A DNA stretch of 64,000 nucleotides, from positions 259,966,001-260,030,000 of the forward strand of contig OZ024743.1 of the NCBI GenBank assembly GCA_964016885.1, given 5' to 3'. This document shows, piece after piece, positions 28,701 to 46,700 of the stretch. Position 1 is the first letter of the stretch. Each line of letters starts with the position of its first letter. Source of the DNA: Eledone cirrhosa (Eukaryota). The notes under the pieces are model-generated. The model saw only the letters and a list, made by a program, of their open reading frames with translations. It was not told the origin of the DNA and ran no database searches. The position numbers and the translations under genes were made by a program.

Positions 28701-31700
28701 GATCATCAGCACTAACAACAACACAGTAACACCAACATTACCAACAGGATCATCAGCACTAACAACAATACCGGTAACACCAACATTACCAACACGATCA
28801 TCAGAACTAACAACAACATCAGTAACACCAACATTACCAACACGATCATCAGCACTAACAACAACAGCAGCAACACCAAGATTACCAACACGATCATCAG
28901 CACTAACAACAACAGCAGTAACACCAACATTACCAACAGGATCATCAGCACTAACAACAACACCAGTAACACCAACATTACCAACACGATCATCAGCACT
29001 AACAATAACACCAGTAACACCAACATTACCAACACGATCATCAGCACTAACAACAACACCAGTAACACCAACATTACCAACACGATCATCAGCACTAACA
29101 ATAACACCAGTAACACCAACATTAGCAACACGATCATCAGCACTAACAACAACATCAGTAACTCCAACATTACCAACACGAACATCAGCACTAACAACAA
29201 CACCAGTAACACCAACATTACCAACACGATCATCAGCACTAACAATAACACCAGTAACACCAACATTACCAACACAATCATCAGCACTAACACCAACACC
29301 AGTAACACCAACATTACCAACACGATCATCAGCACTAACAATAACATCAGTAACACCAACATTACCATCACGATCATCAGCACTAACAACAGCAACAGTA
29401 ACACCAACATTACCAACACGATCATCAGCACTAACAACAACACCAGTAACACCAACATTACCATCACGAATATCAGCACTAACAACAACACCAGTAACAC
29501 CAACATTACCAACACGAACATCAGCACTAACAACAACACCAGTAACACCAACATTACCAACATGATCATCAGCACTAACAACAACAACAACAGTAACACC
29601 AACATTACCAACACGATCATCAGCACTAACAACAACACCAGTAACACCAACATTACCAACACGATCATCAGCACTAACAATAACACCAGTAACACCAACA
29701 TTACCAACACGATCATCAGCACTAACAACAACAACAGTAACACCAACATTACCAACACGATCATCAGCACTAACATCAGTAACACCAACATTACAAACAC
29801 CATCATCAGCACTAACAACAACAACAGTAACACCAACATTACCAATACGATCATCAGCACTAACAACAACAACAGTAACACCAACATTACCAACACGATC
29901 ATCAGCACTAACAACAACAACAGTAACACCAACATTACCAACACGATCATCAGCACTAACAACAACAACAGTAACACCAACATTACCAACACGATCATCA
30001 GCACTAACATCAGTAACACCAACATTACCAACACCATCGTCAGCACTAACAACAACAACAGTAACACCAACATTACCAACACGATCATCGGAACTAACAA
30101 CAACATCAGTAACACCAACATTACCAACACCATCATCAGCACTAACAACAACACCAGTAACACCAACATTACCAACACGATCATCAGCACAAACAACAAC
30201 AGCAGTAACACCAACATTACCAACACGATCATCAGCACTAACAACAACACCAGTAACACCAACATTACCAACACGATCATCAACACTAACAACAACAACA
30301 GTAACACCAACATTACCAACACGATCATCAGCACTAACAACAACACCAGTAACACCAACATTACCAACACGATCATCAGCACTAACAACAACAACAGTAA
30401 CACCAACATTACCAACACGATCATCAGCACTACCATCAGTAACACCAACATTACCAACACCATCATCAGCACTAACAACAACAACAGTAACACCAACATT
30501 ATCAACACGATCATCAGCACTAACATCAGTAACACCAACATTACCAACACGATCATCAGCACTAACAACAACACCAGTAACACCAACATTACCAACACGA
30601 TCATCAGCACTAACAAAAACAACAGTAACACCAACATTACCAACACGATCATCAGCACTAACAACAACAACAGTAACACCAACATAACCAAGACGATCAT
30701 CAGCACTAACAACAACAGTAACACCAACATTACCAACACGAACATCACCACTAACAACAACACCAGTAACACCAACATTACCAACACGATCATCAGCACT
30801 AACAACAACAGCAGTAACACCAACATTACCAACACGATCATCAGCACTAACAACAACAACAGTAACACCAACATTACCAACATGATCATCAGCACTAACA
30901 ACAACAACAGTAACACCAACATTACCAACACGATCATCAGCACTAACAACAACAACAGTAACACCAACATTACCAACACGATCAACAGCACTAACAACAA
31001 CAGCAGTAACACCAACATTACCAACACGATCATCAGCACTAACAACAACACCAGTAACACCAACATTACCAACACGATCATCAGCACTAACAACAACAAC
31101 AGTAACACCAACATTACCAACACGATCATCAGCACTAACAGCAACACCAGTAACACCAACATTACCAACACGATCATCAGCACTAACAACAACAACAGTA
31201 ACACCAACATTACCAACACGATCATCAGCACTAACAACAACAACAGTAACACCAACATTACCAACACGATCATCAGCACTAACAACAACAGTAACACCAA
31301 CATTACCAACACGATCATCAGCACTAACAACAACAACAGTAACACCAACATTACCAACACGATCATCAGCACTAACAACAACAACAGTAACACCAACATT
31401 ACCAACACGATCAACAGCACTAACAACAACAACAGTAACACCAACATCACCAACACGATCATCAGCACTAACAACAACAACAGTAACACCAACATTACCA
31501 ACACGATCATCAGCACTAACAACAACAACAGTAACACCAACATTACCAACACGATCATCAGCACTAACAACAACAACAGTAACACCAACATCACCAACAC
31601 GATCATCAGCACTAACAACAACAACAGTAACACCAACATTACCAACACGATCATCAGCACTAACAACAACAACACTAACACCATCATTACCAACACGATC

Positions 31701-34700
31701 ATCAGCACTAACAACAACACCAGTAACACCAACATTACCAACACGATCATCAGCACTAAAAACAACAACAGTAACACCAACATCACCAACACGATCATCA
31801 GCACTAACAACAACACCAGTAACACCAACATTACCAACACGATCATCAGCACTAACAACAACACCAGTAACACCAACATTACCAACACGATCATCAGCAC
31901 TAACAACAACAACAGTAACACCAACATTACCAACACGATCATCAGCACTAACAACAACACCAGTAACACCAACATTACCAACACGATCATCAGCACTAAC
32001 AACAACAACAGTAACACCAACATTACCAACACGATCATCAGCACTAACAACAACAACAGTAACACCAACATTACCAACACGATCATCAGCACTAACAACA
32101 ACACCAGTAACACCAACATTACCAACACGATCATCAGCACTAACAACAACAACAGTAACACCAACATTACCAACACGATCATCAGCACTAACAACAACAA
32201 CAGTAACACCAACATTACCAACACGATCATCAGCACTAACAACAACAACAGTAACACCAACATTACCAACACGATCATCAGCACTAACAACAACACCAGT
32301 AACACCAACATTACCAACACGATCATCAGCACTAACAACAACACCAGTTACACCAACATTACCAACACGATCATCAGCACTAACAATAACAACAGTAACA
32401 CCAACATTACCAACACGATCATCAGCACTAACATCAGTAACACCAACATTACCAACACGATCATCAGCACTAACAACAACAACAGTAACACCAACTTTAC
32501 CAACACGATCATCAGCACTAACAACAACAACAGTAACACCAACATTACCAACACGATCATCAGCACTAACATCAGTAAACCAACATTACCAACACCATCA
32601 TCAGCACTAACAACAACAACAGTAACACCAACATTACCAACACGATCATCAGAACTAACAACAACATCAGTAACACCAACATTACCAACACCATCATCAG
32701 CACTAACAACAACACCAGTAACACCAACATTACCAACACGATCATCAGCACTAACAACAACAACAACAGTAACACCAACATTACCAACACGATCATCAGC
32801 ACTAACAACAACAACAGTAACACCAACTTTACCAACACAATCATCAGCACTAACAACAACAACAGTAACACCAACATTACCAACACGATCATCAGCACTA
32901 ACATCAGTAAACCAACATTACCAACACCATCATCAGCACTAACAACAACAACAACAGTAACACCAACATTACCAACACGATCATCAGAACTAACAACAAC
33001 ATCAGTAACACCAACATTACCAACACCATCATCAGCACTAACAACAACACCAGTAACACCAACATTACCAACACGATCATCATCACTAGCAACAACATCA
33101 GTAACACCAACATTACCAACACGATCATCAGCACTAACATCAGTAACACCAACATTACCAACACGATCATCAGCACTAACAGCAACAACAGTAACACCAA
33201 CATTACCAACACGATCATCAGCACTAACATCAGTAACACCAACATTACCAACACCATCATCAGCACTAACAACAACAACAGTAACACCAACATTACCAAC
33301 ACGATCATCAGCACTAACATCAGTAACACCAACATTACCAACACGATCATCAGCACTAACAAAAACAACAGTAACACCAACATTACCAACACGATCATCA
33401 GCACTAGCAACAACAACAACAGTACCACCAACATTACCAAGACGATCATCAGCACTAACAACAACAACAGTAACACTAAAATTACCAACACGAACATCAG
33501 CACTAACAACAACAACAGTAACACCAACATTACCAACACGATCATCAGCACTAACAACAACAACAGTAACACCAACATTACCAACACGATCATCAGCACT
33601 AACAACAACAGCAGTAACACCAACATTACCAACACGATCATCAGCACTAACAACAACACCAGTAACACCAACATTACCAACACGGTCATCAGCACTAACA
33701 ACAACAACAGTAACACCAACATTACCAACACGATCATCAGCACTAACAGCAACACCAGTAACACCAACATTACCAACACGATCATCAGCACTAACAACAA
33801 CAACAGTAACACCAACATTACCAACACGATCATCAACACTAACAACAACAACAGTAACACCAACATTACCAACACAATCATCAGCACTAACAACAACAGT
33901 AACACCAACAATACCAACACGATCATGAGCACTAACAACAACAACAGTAACACCAACATTACCAACACGAACATCAGCACTAACAACAACAACAGTAACA
34001 CCAACATTACCAACACGATCATCAGCACTAACAACAACAACTGTAACACCAACATCACCAACACGATCATCAGCACTACCAACAACACCAGTAACACCAG
34101 CATTACCAACACGATCATCAGCACTAACAACAACAACAGTAACACCAACATTACCAACACGATCATCAGCACTAACAACAACAGCAGTAACACCAACATT
34201 ACCAACACGATCATCAGCACTAACAACAACACCAGTTACACCAACATTACTAACACGATCATCAGCACTAACAGCAATATCAGTAAAACAAAACATTACC
34301 AACACGATCATCAGCACTAACAACAACACCAGTTACACCAACATTACCAACACGATCATCCACACTAACAATAACAACAGTAACACCAACATTACCAAAA
34401 CGATCATCAGCACTAACAGCAATATCAGTAACACCAACATTACCAACACGATCATCAGCACTAACATCAGTAACACCAACATTACGAACACCATCATCAG
34501 CACTAACAAAAACAACAGTAACACCAACAATACCAACACGATCATCAGAACTAACAACAACATCAGTAACACCAACATTACCAACACGATCATCAGCACT
34601 AACACCAGTAACACCAACATTACCAACACGATCATCAGCACTAACACCAGTAACACCAACATTACCAACACGATCATCAGCACTAACAACAACAACAGTA

Positions 34701-37700
34701 ACACCAACTTTACCAACACGATCATCAGCACTAACAACAACAACAGTAACACCAACATTACCAACACAATCATCAGCACTAACAACAACAACAGTAACAC
34801 CAACATTACCAACACGATCATCAGCACTAACACCAGTAACACCAACATTACCAACACGATCATCAGCACTAACAACAACAACAGTAACACCAACTTTACC
34901 AACACGATCATCAGCACTAACAACAACAACAGTAACACCAACATTACCAACACAATCATCAGCACTAACAACAACAACAGTAACACCAACATTACCAACA
35001 CGATCATCAGCACTAACATCAGTAAACCAACATTACCAACACCATCATCAGCACTAACAACAACAACAACAGTAACACCAACATTACCAACACGATCATC
35101 AGAACTAACAACAACATCAGTAACACCAACATTACCAACACCATCATCAGCACTAACAACAACACCAGTAACACCAACATTACCAACACGATCATCAGCA
35201 CTAACATCAGTAAACCAACATTACCAACACCATCATCAGCACTAACAACAACACCAGTAACACCAACATTACCAACACGATCATCAGCACTAACAACAAC
35301 AACAGTAACACCAACATTACCAACATGATCATCAGCACTAACAACAACAACAGTAACACCAACATTACCAACACGATCATCAGCACTAACAACAACAACA
35401 GTAACACCAACATTACCAACACGATCAACAGCACTAACAACAACAGCAGTAACACCAACATTACCAACACGATCATCAGCACTAACAACAACACCAGTAA
35501 CACCAACATTACCAACACGATCATCAGCACTAACAACAACAACAGTAACACCAACATTACCAACACGATCATCAGCACTAACAGCAACACCAGTAACACC
35601 AACATTACCAACACGATCATCAGCACTAACAACAACAACAGTAACACCAACATTACCAACACGATCATCAGCACTAACAACAACAACAGTAACACCAACA
35701 TTACCAACACGATCATCAGCACTAACAACAACAGTAACACCAACATTACCAACACGATCATCAGCACTAACAACAACAACAGTAACACCAACATTACCAA
35801 CACGATCATCAGCACTAACAACAACAACAGTAACACCAACATTACCAACACGATCAACAGCACTAACAACAACAACAGTAACACCAACATCACCAACACG
35901 ATCATCAGCACTAACAACAACAACAGTAACACCAACATTACCAACACGATCATCAGCACTAACAACAACAACAGTAACACCAACATTACCAACACGATCA
36001 TCAGCACTAACAACAACAACAGTAACACCAACATCACCAACACGATCATCAGCACTAACAACAACAACAGTAACACCAACATTACCAACACGATCATCAG
36101 CACTAACAACAACAACACTAACACCATCATTACCAACACGATCATCAGCACTAACAACAACACCAGTAACACCAACATTACCAACACGATCATCAGCACT
36201 AAAAACAACAACAGTAACACCAACATCACCAACACGATCATCAGCACTAACACCAACATTACCAACACGATCATCAGCACTAACAACAACAACAGTAACA
36301 CCAACTTTACCAACACGATCATCAGCACTAACAACAACAACAGTAACACCAACATTACCAACACAATCATCAGCACTAACAACAACAACAGTAACACCAA
36401 CATTACCAACACGATCATCAGCACTAACAACAACAGCAGTAACACCAACATTACCAACACGATCATCAGCACTAACAACAACACCAGTTACACCAACATT
36501 ACTAACACGATCATCAGCACTAACAGCAATATCAGTAAAACAAAACATTACCAACACGATCATCAGCACTAACAACAACACCAGTTACACCAACATTACC
36601 AACACGATCATCCACACTAACAATAACAACAGTAACACCAACATTACCAAAACGATCATCAGCACTAACAGCAATATCAGTAACACCAACATTACCAACA
36701 CGATCATCAGCACTAACATCAGTAACACCAACATTACGAACACCATCATCAGCACTAACAAAAACAACAGTAACACCAACAATACCAACACGATCATCAG
36801 AACTAACAACAACATCAGTAACACCAACATTACCAACACGATCATCAGCACTAACACCAGTAACACCAACATTACCAACACGATCATCAGCACTAACACC
36901 AGTAACACCAACATTACCAACACGATCATCAGCACTAACAACAACAACAGTAACACCAACTTTACCAACACGATCATCAGCACTAACAACAACAACAGTA
37001 ACACCAACATTACCAACACAATCATCAGCACTAACAACAACAACAGTAACACCAACATTACCAACACGATCATCAGCACTAACACCAGTAACACCAACAT
37101 TACCAACACGATCATCAGCACTAACAACAACAACAGTAACACCAACTTTACCAACACGATCATCAGCACTAACAACAACAACAGTAACACCAACATTACC
37201 AACACAATCATCAGCACTAACAACAACAACAGTAACACCAACATTACCAACACGATCATCAGCACTAACATCAGTAAACCAACATTACCAACACCATCAT
37301 CAGCACTAACAACAACAACAACAGTAACACCAACATTACCAACACGATCATCAGAACTAACAACAACATCAGTAACACCAACATTACCAACACCATCATC
37401 AGCACTAACAACAACACCAGTAACACCAACATTACCAACACGATCATCAGCACTAACATCAGTAAACCAACATTACCAACACCATCATCAGCACTAACAA
37501 CAACACCAGTAACACCAACATTACCAACACGATCATCAGCACTAACAACAACAACAGTAACACCAACATTACCAACATGATCATCAGCACTAACAACAAC
37601 AACAGTAACACCAACATTACCAACACGATCATCAGCACTAACAACAACAACAGTAACACCAACATTACCAACACGATCAACAGCACTAACAACAACAGCA

Positions 37701-40700
37701 GTAACACCAACATTACCAACACGATCATCAGCACTAACAACAACACCAGTAACACCAACATTACCAACACGATCATCAGCACTAACAACAACAACAGTAA
37801 CACCAACATTACCAACACGATCATCAGCACTAACAGCAACACCAGTAACACCAACATTACCAACACGATCATCAGCACTAACAACAACAACAGTAACACC
37901 AACATTACCAACACGATCATCAGCACTAACAACAACAACAGTAACACCAACATTACCAACACGATCATCAGCACTAACAACAACAGTAACACCAACATTA
38001 CCAACACGATCATCAGCACTAACAACAACAACAGTAACACCAACATTACCAACACGATCATCAGCACTAACAACAACAACAGTAACACCAACATTACCAA
38101 CACGATCAACAGCACTAACAACAACAACAGTAACACCAACATCACCAACACGATCATCAGCACTAACAACAACAACAGTAACACCAACATTACCAACACG
38201 ATCATCAGCACTAACAACAACAACAGTAACACCAACATTACCAACACGATCATCAGCACTAACAACAACAACAGTAACACCAACATCACCAACACGATCA
38301 TCAGCACTAACAACAACAACAGTAACACCAACATTACCAACACGATCATCAGCACTAACAACAACAACACTAACACCATCATTACCAACACGATCATCAG
38401 CACTAACAACAACACCAGTAACACCAACATTACCAACACGATCATCAGCACTAAAAACAACAACAGTAACACCAACATCACCAACACGATCATCAGCACT
38501 AACAACAACACCAGTAACACCAACATTACCAACACGATCATCAGCACTAACAACAACACCAGTAACACCAACATTACCAACACGATCATCAGCACTAACA
38601 ACAACAACAGTAACACCAACATTACCAACACGATCATCAGCACTAACAACAACACCAGTAACACCAACATTACCAACACGATCATCAGCACTAACAACAA
38701 CACCAGTTACACCAACATTACCAACACGATCATCAGCACTAACAATAACAACAGTAACACCAACATTACCAACACGATCATCAGCACTAACAACAACACC
38801 AGTAACACCAACATTACCAACACGATCATCAGCACTAACATCAGTAACACCAACATTACCAACACGATCATCAGCACTAACAACAACAACAGTAACACCA
38901 ACTTTACCAACACGATCATCAGCACTAACAACAACAACAGTAACACCAACATTACCAACACAATCATCAGCACTAACAACAACAACAGTAACACCAACAT
39001 TACCAACACGATCATCAGCACTAACATCAGTAAACCAACATTACCAACACCATCATCAGCACTAACAACAACAACAACAGTAACACCAACATTACCAACA
39101 CGATCATCAGAACTAACAACAACATCAGTAACACCAACATCACCAACACGATCATCAGCACTAACATCAGTAAACCAACATTACCAACACCATCATCAGC
39201 ACTAACAACAACAACAACAGTAACACCAACATTACCAACACGATCATCAGAACTAACAACAACATCAGTAACACCAACATTACCAACACCATCATCAGCA
39301 CTAACAACAACAACAGTAACACCAACATTACCAACACGATCATCAGCACTAACATCAGTAACACCAACATTACCAACACCATCATCAGCACTAACAACAA
39401 CAACAGTAACACCAACATTACCAACACGATCATCAGCACTAACATCAGTAACACCAACATTACCAACACGATCATCAGCACTAACAAAAACAACAGTAAC
39501 ACCAACATTACCAACACGATCATCAGCACTAGCAACAACAACAACAGTACCACCAACATTACCAAGACGATCATCAGCACTAACAACAACAACAGTAACA
39601 CTAAAATTACCAACACGAACATCAGCACTAACAACAACAACAGTAACACCAACATTACCAACACGATCATCAGCACTAACAACAACAACAGTAACACCAA
39701 CATTACCAACACGATCATCAGCACTAACATCAGTAACACCAACATTACCAACACGATCATCAGCACTAACAAAAACAACAGTAACACCAACATTACCAAC
39801 ACGATCATCAGCACTAGCAACAACAACAACAGTACCACCAACATTACCAAGACGATCATCAGCACTAACAACAACAACAGTAACACTAAAATTACCAACA
39901 CGAACATCAGCACTAACAACAACAACAGTAACACCAACATTACCAACACGATCATCAGCACTAACAACAACAACAGTAACACCAACATTACCAACACGAT
40001 CATCAGCACTAACATCAGTAACACCAACATTACCAACACGATCATCAGCACTAACAAAAACAACAGTAACACCAACATTACCAACACGATCATCAGCACT
40101 AGCAACAACAACAACAGTACCACCAACATTACCAAGACGATCATCAGCACTAACAACAACAACAGTAACACTAAAATTACCAACACGAACATCAGCACTA
40201 ACAACAACAACAGTAACACCAACATTACCAACACGATCATCAGCACTAACAACAACAACAGTAACACCAACATTACCAACACGATCATCAGCACTAACAA
40301 CAACAACAGTAACACCAACATTACCAACACGATCATCAGCACTAACAACAACAGCAGTAACACCAACATTACCAACACGATCATCAGCACTAACAACAAC
40401 ACCAGTAACACCAACATTACCAACACGGTCATCAGCACTAACAACAACAACAGTAACACCAACATTACCAACACGATCATCAGCACTAACAGCAACACCA
40501 GTAACACCAACATTACCAACACGATCATCAGCACTAACAACAACAACAGTAACACCAACATTACCAACACGATCATCAGCACTAACAACAACAACAGTAA
40601 CACCAACATTACCAACACGATCATCAACACTAACAACAACAACAGTAACACCAACATTACCAAGACGATCATCAGCACTAACAACAACAACAGTAACACC

Positions 40701-43700
40701 AACATTACCAACACGATCATCAACACTAACAACAACAACAGTAACACCAACATTACCAACACGAACATCAGCACTAACAACAACAACAGTAACACCAACA
40801 TTACCAACACGAACATCAGCACTAACAACAACAACAGTAACACCAACATTACCAACACGATCATCAGCACTAACAACAACACCAGTAACACCAACATTAC
40901 CAACACGATCATCAGCACTAACAACAACAACAGTAACACCAACATTACCAACACCATCATCAGCACTAACAACAACACCAGTAACACCAACAATACCAAC
41001 ACGATCATCAGAACTAACAACAACATCAGTAACACCAACATTACCAACACGATCATCAGCACTAACAACAACAACAGTAACACCAACATTACCAACACGA
41101 TCATCAGCACTAACACCAGTAACACCAACATTACCAACACGATCATCAGAACTAACAACAACATCAGTAACACCAACATTACCAACACGATCATCAGCAC
41201 TAACAACAACAACAGTAACACCAACATTACCAACACGATCATCAGCACTAACAACAACAACAGTAACACCAACATTACCAACACGATCATCAGCACTAAC
41301 ACCAGTAACACCAACAATACCAACACGATCATCAGAACTAACAACAACAACAGTAACACCAACATTACCAACACGATCATCAGCACTAACAACAACAACA
41401 GTAACACCAACATTACCAACACGATCATCAGCACTAACACCAGTAACACCAACAATACCAACACGATCATCAGAACTAACAACAACAACAGTAACACCAA
41501 CATTACCAACACGAACATCAGCACTAACAACAACAACAGTAACACCAACATTACCAACACGATCATCAGCACTAACACCAGTAACACCAACAATACCAAC
41601 ACGATCATCAGAACTAACAACAACAACAGTAACACCAACATTACCAACACGATCATCAGCACTAACAACAACAACAGTAACACCAACATTACCAACACGA
41701 TCATCAGCACTAACACCAGTAACACCAACAATACCAACACGATCATCAGAACTAACAACAACAACAGTAACACCAACATTACCAACACGAACATCAGCAC
41801 TAACAACAACAACAGTAACACCAACATTACCAACACGATCATCAGCACTAACAACAACACCAGTAACACCAACATTACCAACACGATCATCAGCACTAAC
41901 AACAACAACAGTAACACCAACATTACCAACACGATCATCAGCACTAACATCAGTAAACCAACATTACCAACACCATCATCAGCACTAACAACAACAACAA
42001 CAGTAACACCAACATTACCAACACGATCATCAGAACTAACAACAACATCAGTAACACCAACATTACCAACACCATCATCAGCACTAACAACAACACCAGT
42101 AACACCAACATTACCAACACGATCATCAGCACTAACATCAGTAAACCAACATTACCAACACCATCATCAGCACTAACAACAACAACAACAGTAACACCAA
42201 CATTACCAACACGATCATCAGAACTAACAACAACATCAGTAACACCAACATTACCAACACGATCATCAGCACTAACATCAGTAACACCAACATTACCAAC
42301 ACCATCATCAGCACTAACAACAACAACAGTAACACCAACATTACCAACACGATCATCAGCACTAACAACAACAACAGTAACACCAACATTACCAACACGA
42401 TCATCAGCACTAACATCAGTAACACCAACATTACCAACACCATCATCAGCACTAACAACAACAACAGTAACACCAACATTACCAACACGATCATCAGCAC
42501 TAACATCAGTAACACCAACATTACCAACACGATCATCAGCACTAACAAAAACAACAGTAACACCAACATTACCAACACAATCATCAGCACTAGCAACAAC
42601 AACAACAGTACCACCAACATTACCAAGACGATCATCAGCACTAACAACAACAACAGTAACACTAAAATTACCAACACGAACATCAGCACTAACAACAACA
42701 ACAGTAACACCAACATTACCAACACGATCATCAGCACTAACAACAACAACAGTAACACCAACATTACCAACACGATCATCAGCACTAACAACAACAGCAG
42801 TAACACCAACATTACCAACTCGATCATCAGCACTAACAACAACACCAGTAACACCAACATTACCAACACGGTCATCAGCACTAACAACAACAACAGTAAC
42901 ACCAACATTACCAACACGATCATCAGCACTAACAGCAACACCAGTAACACCAACATTACCAACACGATCATCAGCACTAACAACAACAACAGTAACACCA
43001 ACATTACCAACACGATCATCAACACTAACAACAACAACAGTAACACCAACATTACCAACACGATCATCAGCACTAACAACAACAGTAACACCAACAATAC
43101 CAACACGATCATGAGCACTAACAACAACAACAGTAACACCAACATTACCAACACGAACATCAGCACTAACAACAACAACAGTAACACCAACATTACCAAC
43201 ACGATCATCAGCACTAACAACAACAACAGTAACACCAACATCACCAACACGATCATCAGCACTACCAACAACACCAGTAACACCAGCATTACCAACACGA
43301 TCATCAGCACTAACAACAACAACAGTAACACCAACATTACCAACACGATCATCAGCACTAACAACAACAGCAGTAACACCAACATTACCAACACGATCAT
43401 CAGCACTAACAACAACACCAGTTACACCAACATTACTAACACGATCATCAGCACTAACAGCAATATCAGTAAAACAAAACATTACCAACACGATCATCAG
43501 CACTAACAACAACACCAGTTACACCAACATTACCAACACGATCATCAGCACTAACAATAACAACAGTAACACCAACATTACCAACACGATCATCCACACT
43601 AACAATAACAACAGTAACACCAACATTACCAAAACGATCATCAGCACTAACAGCAATATCAGTAACACCAACATTACCAACACGATCATCAGCACTAACA

Positions 43701-46700
43701 TCAATAACACCAACATTACGAACACCATCATCAGCACTAACAAAAACAACAGTAACACCAACAATACCAACACGATCATCAGAACTAATAACAACATCAG
43801 TAACACCAACATTACCAACACGATCATCAGCACTAACAACAACAACAGTAACACCAACATTACCAACACGATCATCAGCACTAACGCCAGTAACACCAAC
43901 ATTACCAACACGAGCATCAGCACTAACAACAACAACAGTAACACCAACATTACCAACACGATCATCAGCACTAACAACAACAACAGTAACACCAACATTA
44001 CCAACACGATCATCAGCACTAACAACACAGCAGAAACACCAACATTACCAACACGATCATCAGCACTAACAACAACAACAGTAACACCAAAATTACCAAC
44101 ACGATCATCAGCACTAACAACAACAACAGTAACACCAACATTACCAACACGATCATCAGCACTAACAACAATACCAGTAACACCAACATTACCAACACGA
44201 TCATCAGCACTAACAACAACAACAGTAACACCAACATCACCAACACGATCATCAGCACTAACAACAACACCAGTAACACCAACATTACCAACACGATCAT
44301 CAGCACTAACAACAACAACAGTAACACCAACATTACCAACACGATCATCAGCACTAACAACAACAGCAGTAACACGAACATTACCAACACGATCCTCAGC
44401 ACTAACAACAAAACCAGTTACACCAACATTACCAACACGATCATCAGCACTAACAACAACAACAGTAACACCAACATCACCAACACGATCATCAGCACTA
44501 ACAACAACACCAGTAACACCAACATTACCAACACGATCATCAGCACTAACAACAACAACAGTAACAGCAACATTACCAATACGATCATCAGCACTAACAA
44601 CAGCACCAGTAACACCAACATTACCAACACGATCATCAGCACTAACAAAAACACCAGTTACACCAACATTCCCAACACGATCATCAGCACTAACAACAAC
44701 AACAGTAACACCAACATTACCAACAGGATCATCAGCACTAACAGCAATATCAGTAACACCAACATTACCAACACGATCATCAGCACTAACAACAACACCA
44801 GTAACACCAACATTACCAACACGATCATCAGCACTAACAACAACACCAGTAACACCAACATTACCAACACGATCATCAGCAATAACATCAGTAACACCAA
44901 CATTACCAACACGATCATCAGCACTAACAACAACAACAGTAACACCAACATTACCAACACAATCATCAGCACTAACAACAACAACAGTAACACCAACATT
45001 ACCAACACGATCATCAGCACTAACATCAGTAACACCAACATTACCAACACCATCATCAGCACTAACAACAACAACAGTAACACCAACATTACCAACACGA
45101 TCATCAGCACTAACAACAACAACAGTAACACCAACATTACCAACACCATCATCAGCACTAACAACAAGACCAGTAACACCAACATTACCAACACGATCAT
45201 CAGCACTAACAACAACAGCAGTAACACCAACATTACCAACACGATCATCAGCACTAACAACAACACCAGTAAGACCAACATTACCAACACGATCATCAGC
45301 ACTAACAATAACACCAGTAACACCAACATTACCAATACGATCACCAGCACTAACAACAGCAACAGTAACACCAACATTACCAACACGATCATCAGCACTA
45401 ACATCAGTAACACCAACATTACCAACACCATCATCAGCACTAACAACGACAACAGTAACACCAACATTACCAACACGATCATCAGCACTAACATCAGTAA
45501 CACCAACATTACCAACACGATCATCAGCACTAACAAAAACAACAGTAACACCAACATTACCAACACGATCATCAGCACTAACAACAACAACAGTACCACC
45601 AACATTACCAAGACGATCATCAGCACTAACAACAACAACAGTAACACCAACATTACGAACACGATCATCAGCACTAACAACAACAACAGTAACACCAACA
45701 TTACCAACACGATCATCAGCACTAACAACAACAGCAGTAACACCAACATTACCAACACGATCATCAGCACTAACAACAACACCAGTAACACCAACATTAC
45801 CAACACGATCATCAGCACTAACAACAACAACAGTAACACCAACATTACCAACACGATCATCAGCACTAACAGCAACACCAGTAACACCAACATTACCAAC
45901 ACGATCATCAGCACTAACAACAACAACAGTAACACCAACATTACCAACACGATAGCACTAACAACAACAACAGTAACACCAACATTACCAACACGATCAT
46001 CAGCACTAACAGCAACACCAGTAACACCAACATTACCAACACGATCATCAGCACTAACAACAACAACAGTAACACCAACATTACCAACACGATCATCAGC
46101 ACTAACAACAACAACAGTAACACCAACATTACCAACAGGATCATCAGCACTAACAACAACAGTAACACCAACATTACCAACACGTTCATCAGCACTAACA
46201 ACAACGACAGTAACACCAACATTACCAACACGATCATCAGTACTAACAACAATAGCAGTAACACCAACATTACCAACACGATCATCAGCACTAACAACAA
46301 CACCAGTTACACCAACATTACCAACACGATCATCAGCACTAACAGCAATATCAATAACACCAACATTACCAACACGATCATCAGCACTAACAACAACACC
46401 AGTTACACCAACATTACCAACACGATCATCAGCACTAACAATAACAACAGTAACACCAACATTACCAACACGATCATCAGCACTAACATCAGTAACACCA
46501 ACATTAACAACACGATCATCAGCACTAACAACAACACCAGTAACACCAACATTACCAACACGATCATCAGCACTAACATCAGTAACACCAACATTACCAA
46601 CACCATCATCAGCACTAACAACAACAACAGTAACACCAACATTACCAACACGATCATCAGAACTAACAACATCATCAGTAACACCAACATTACCAACACG

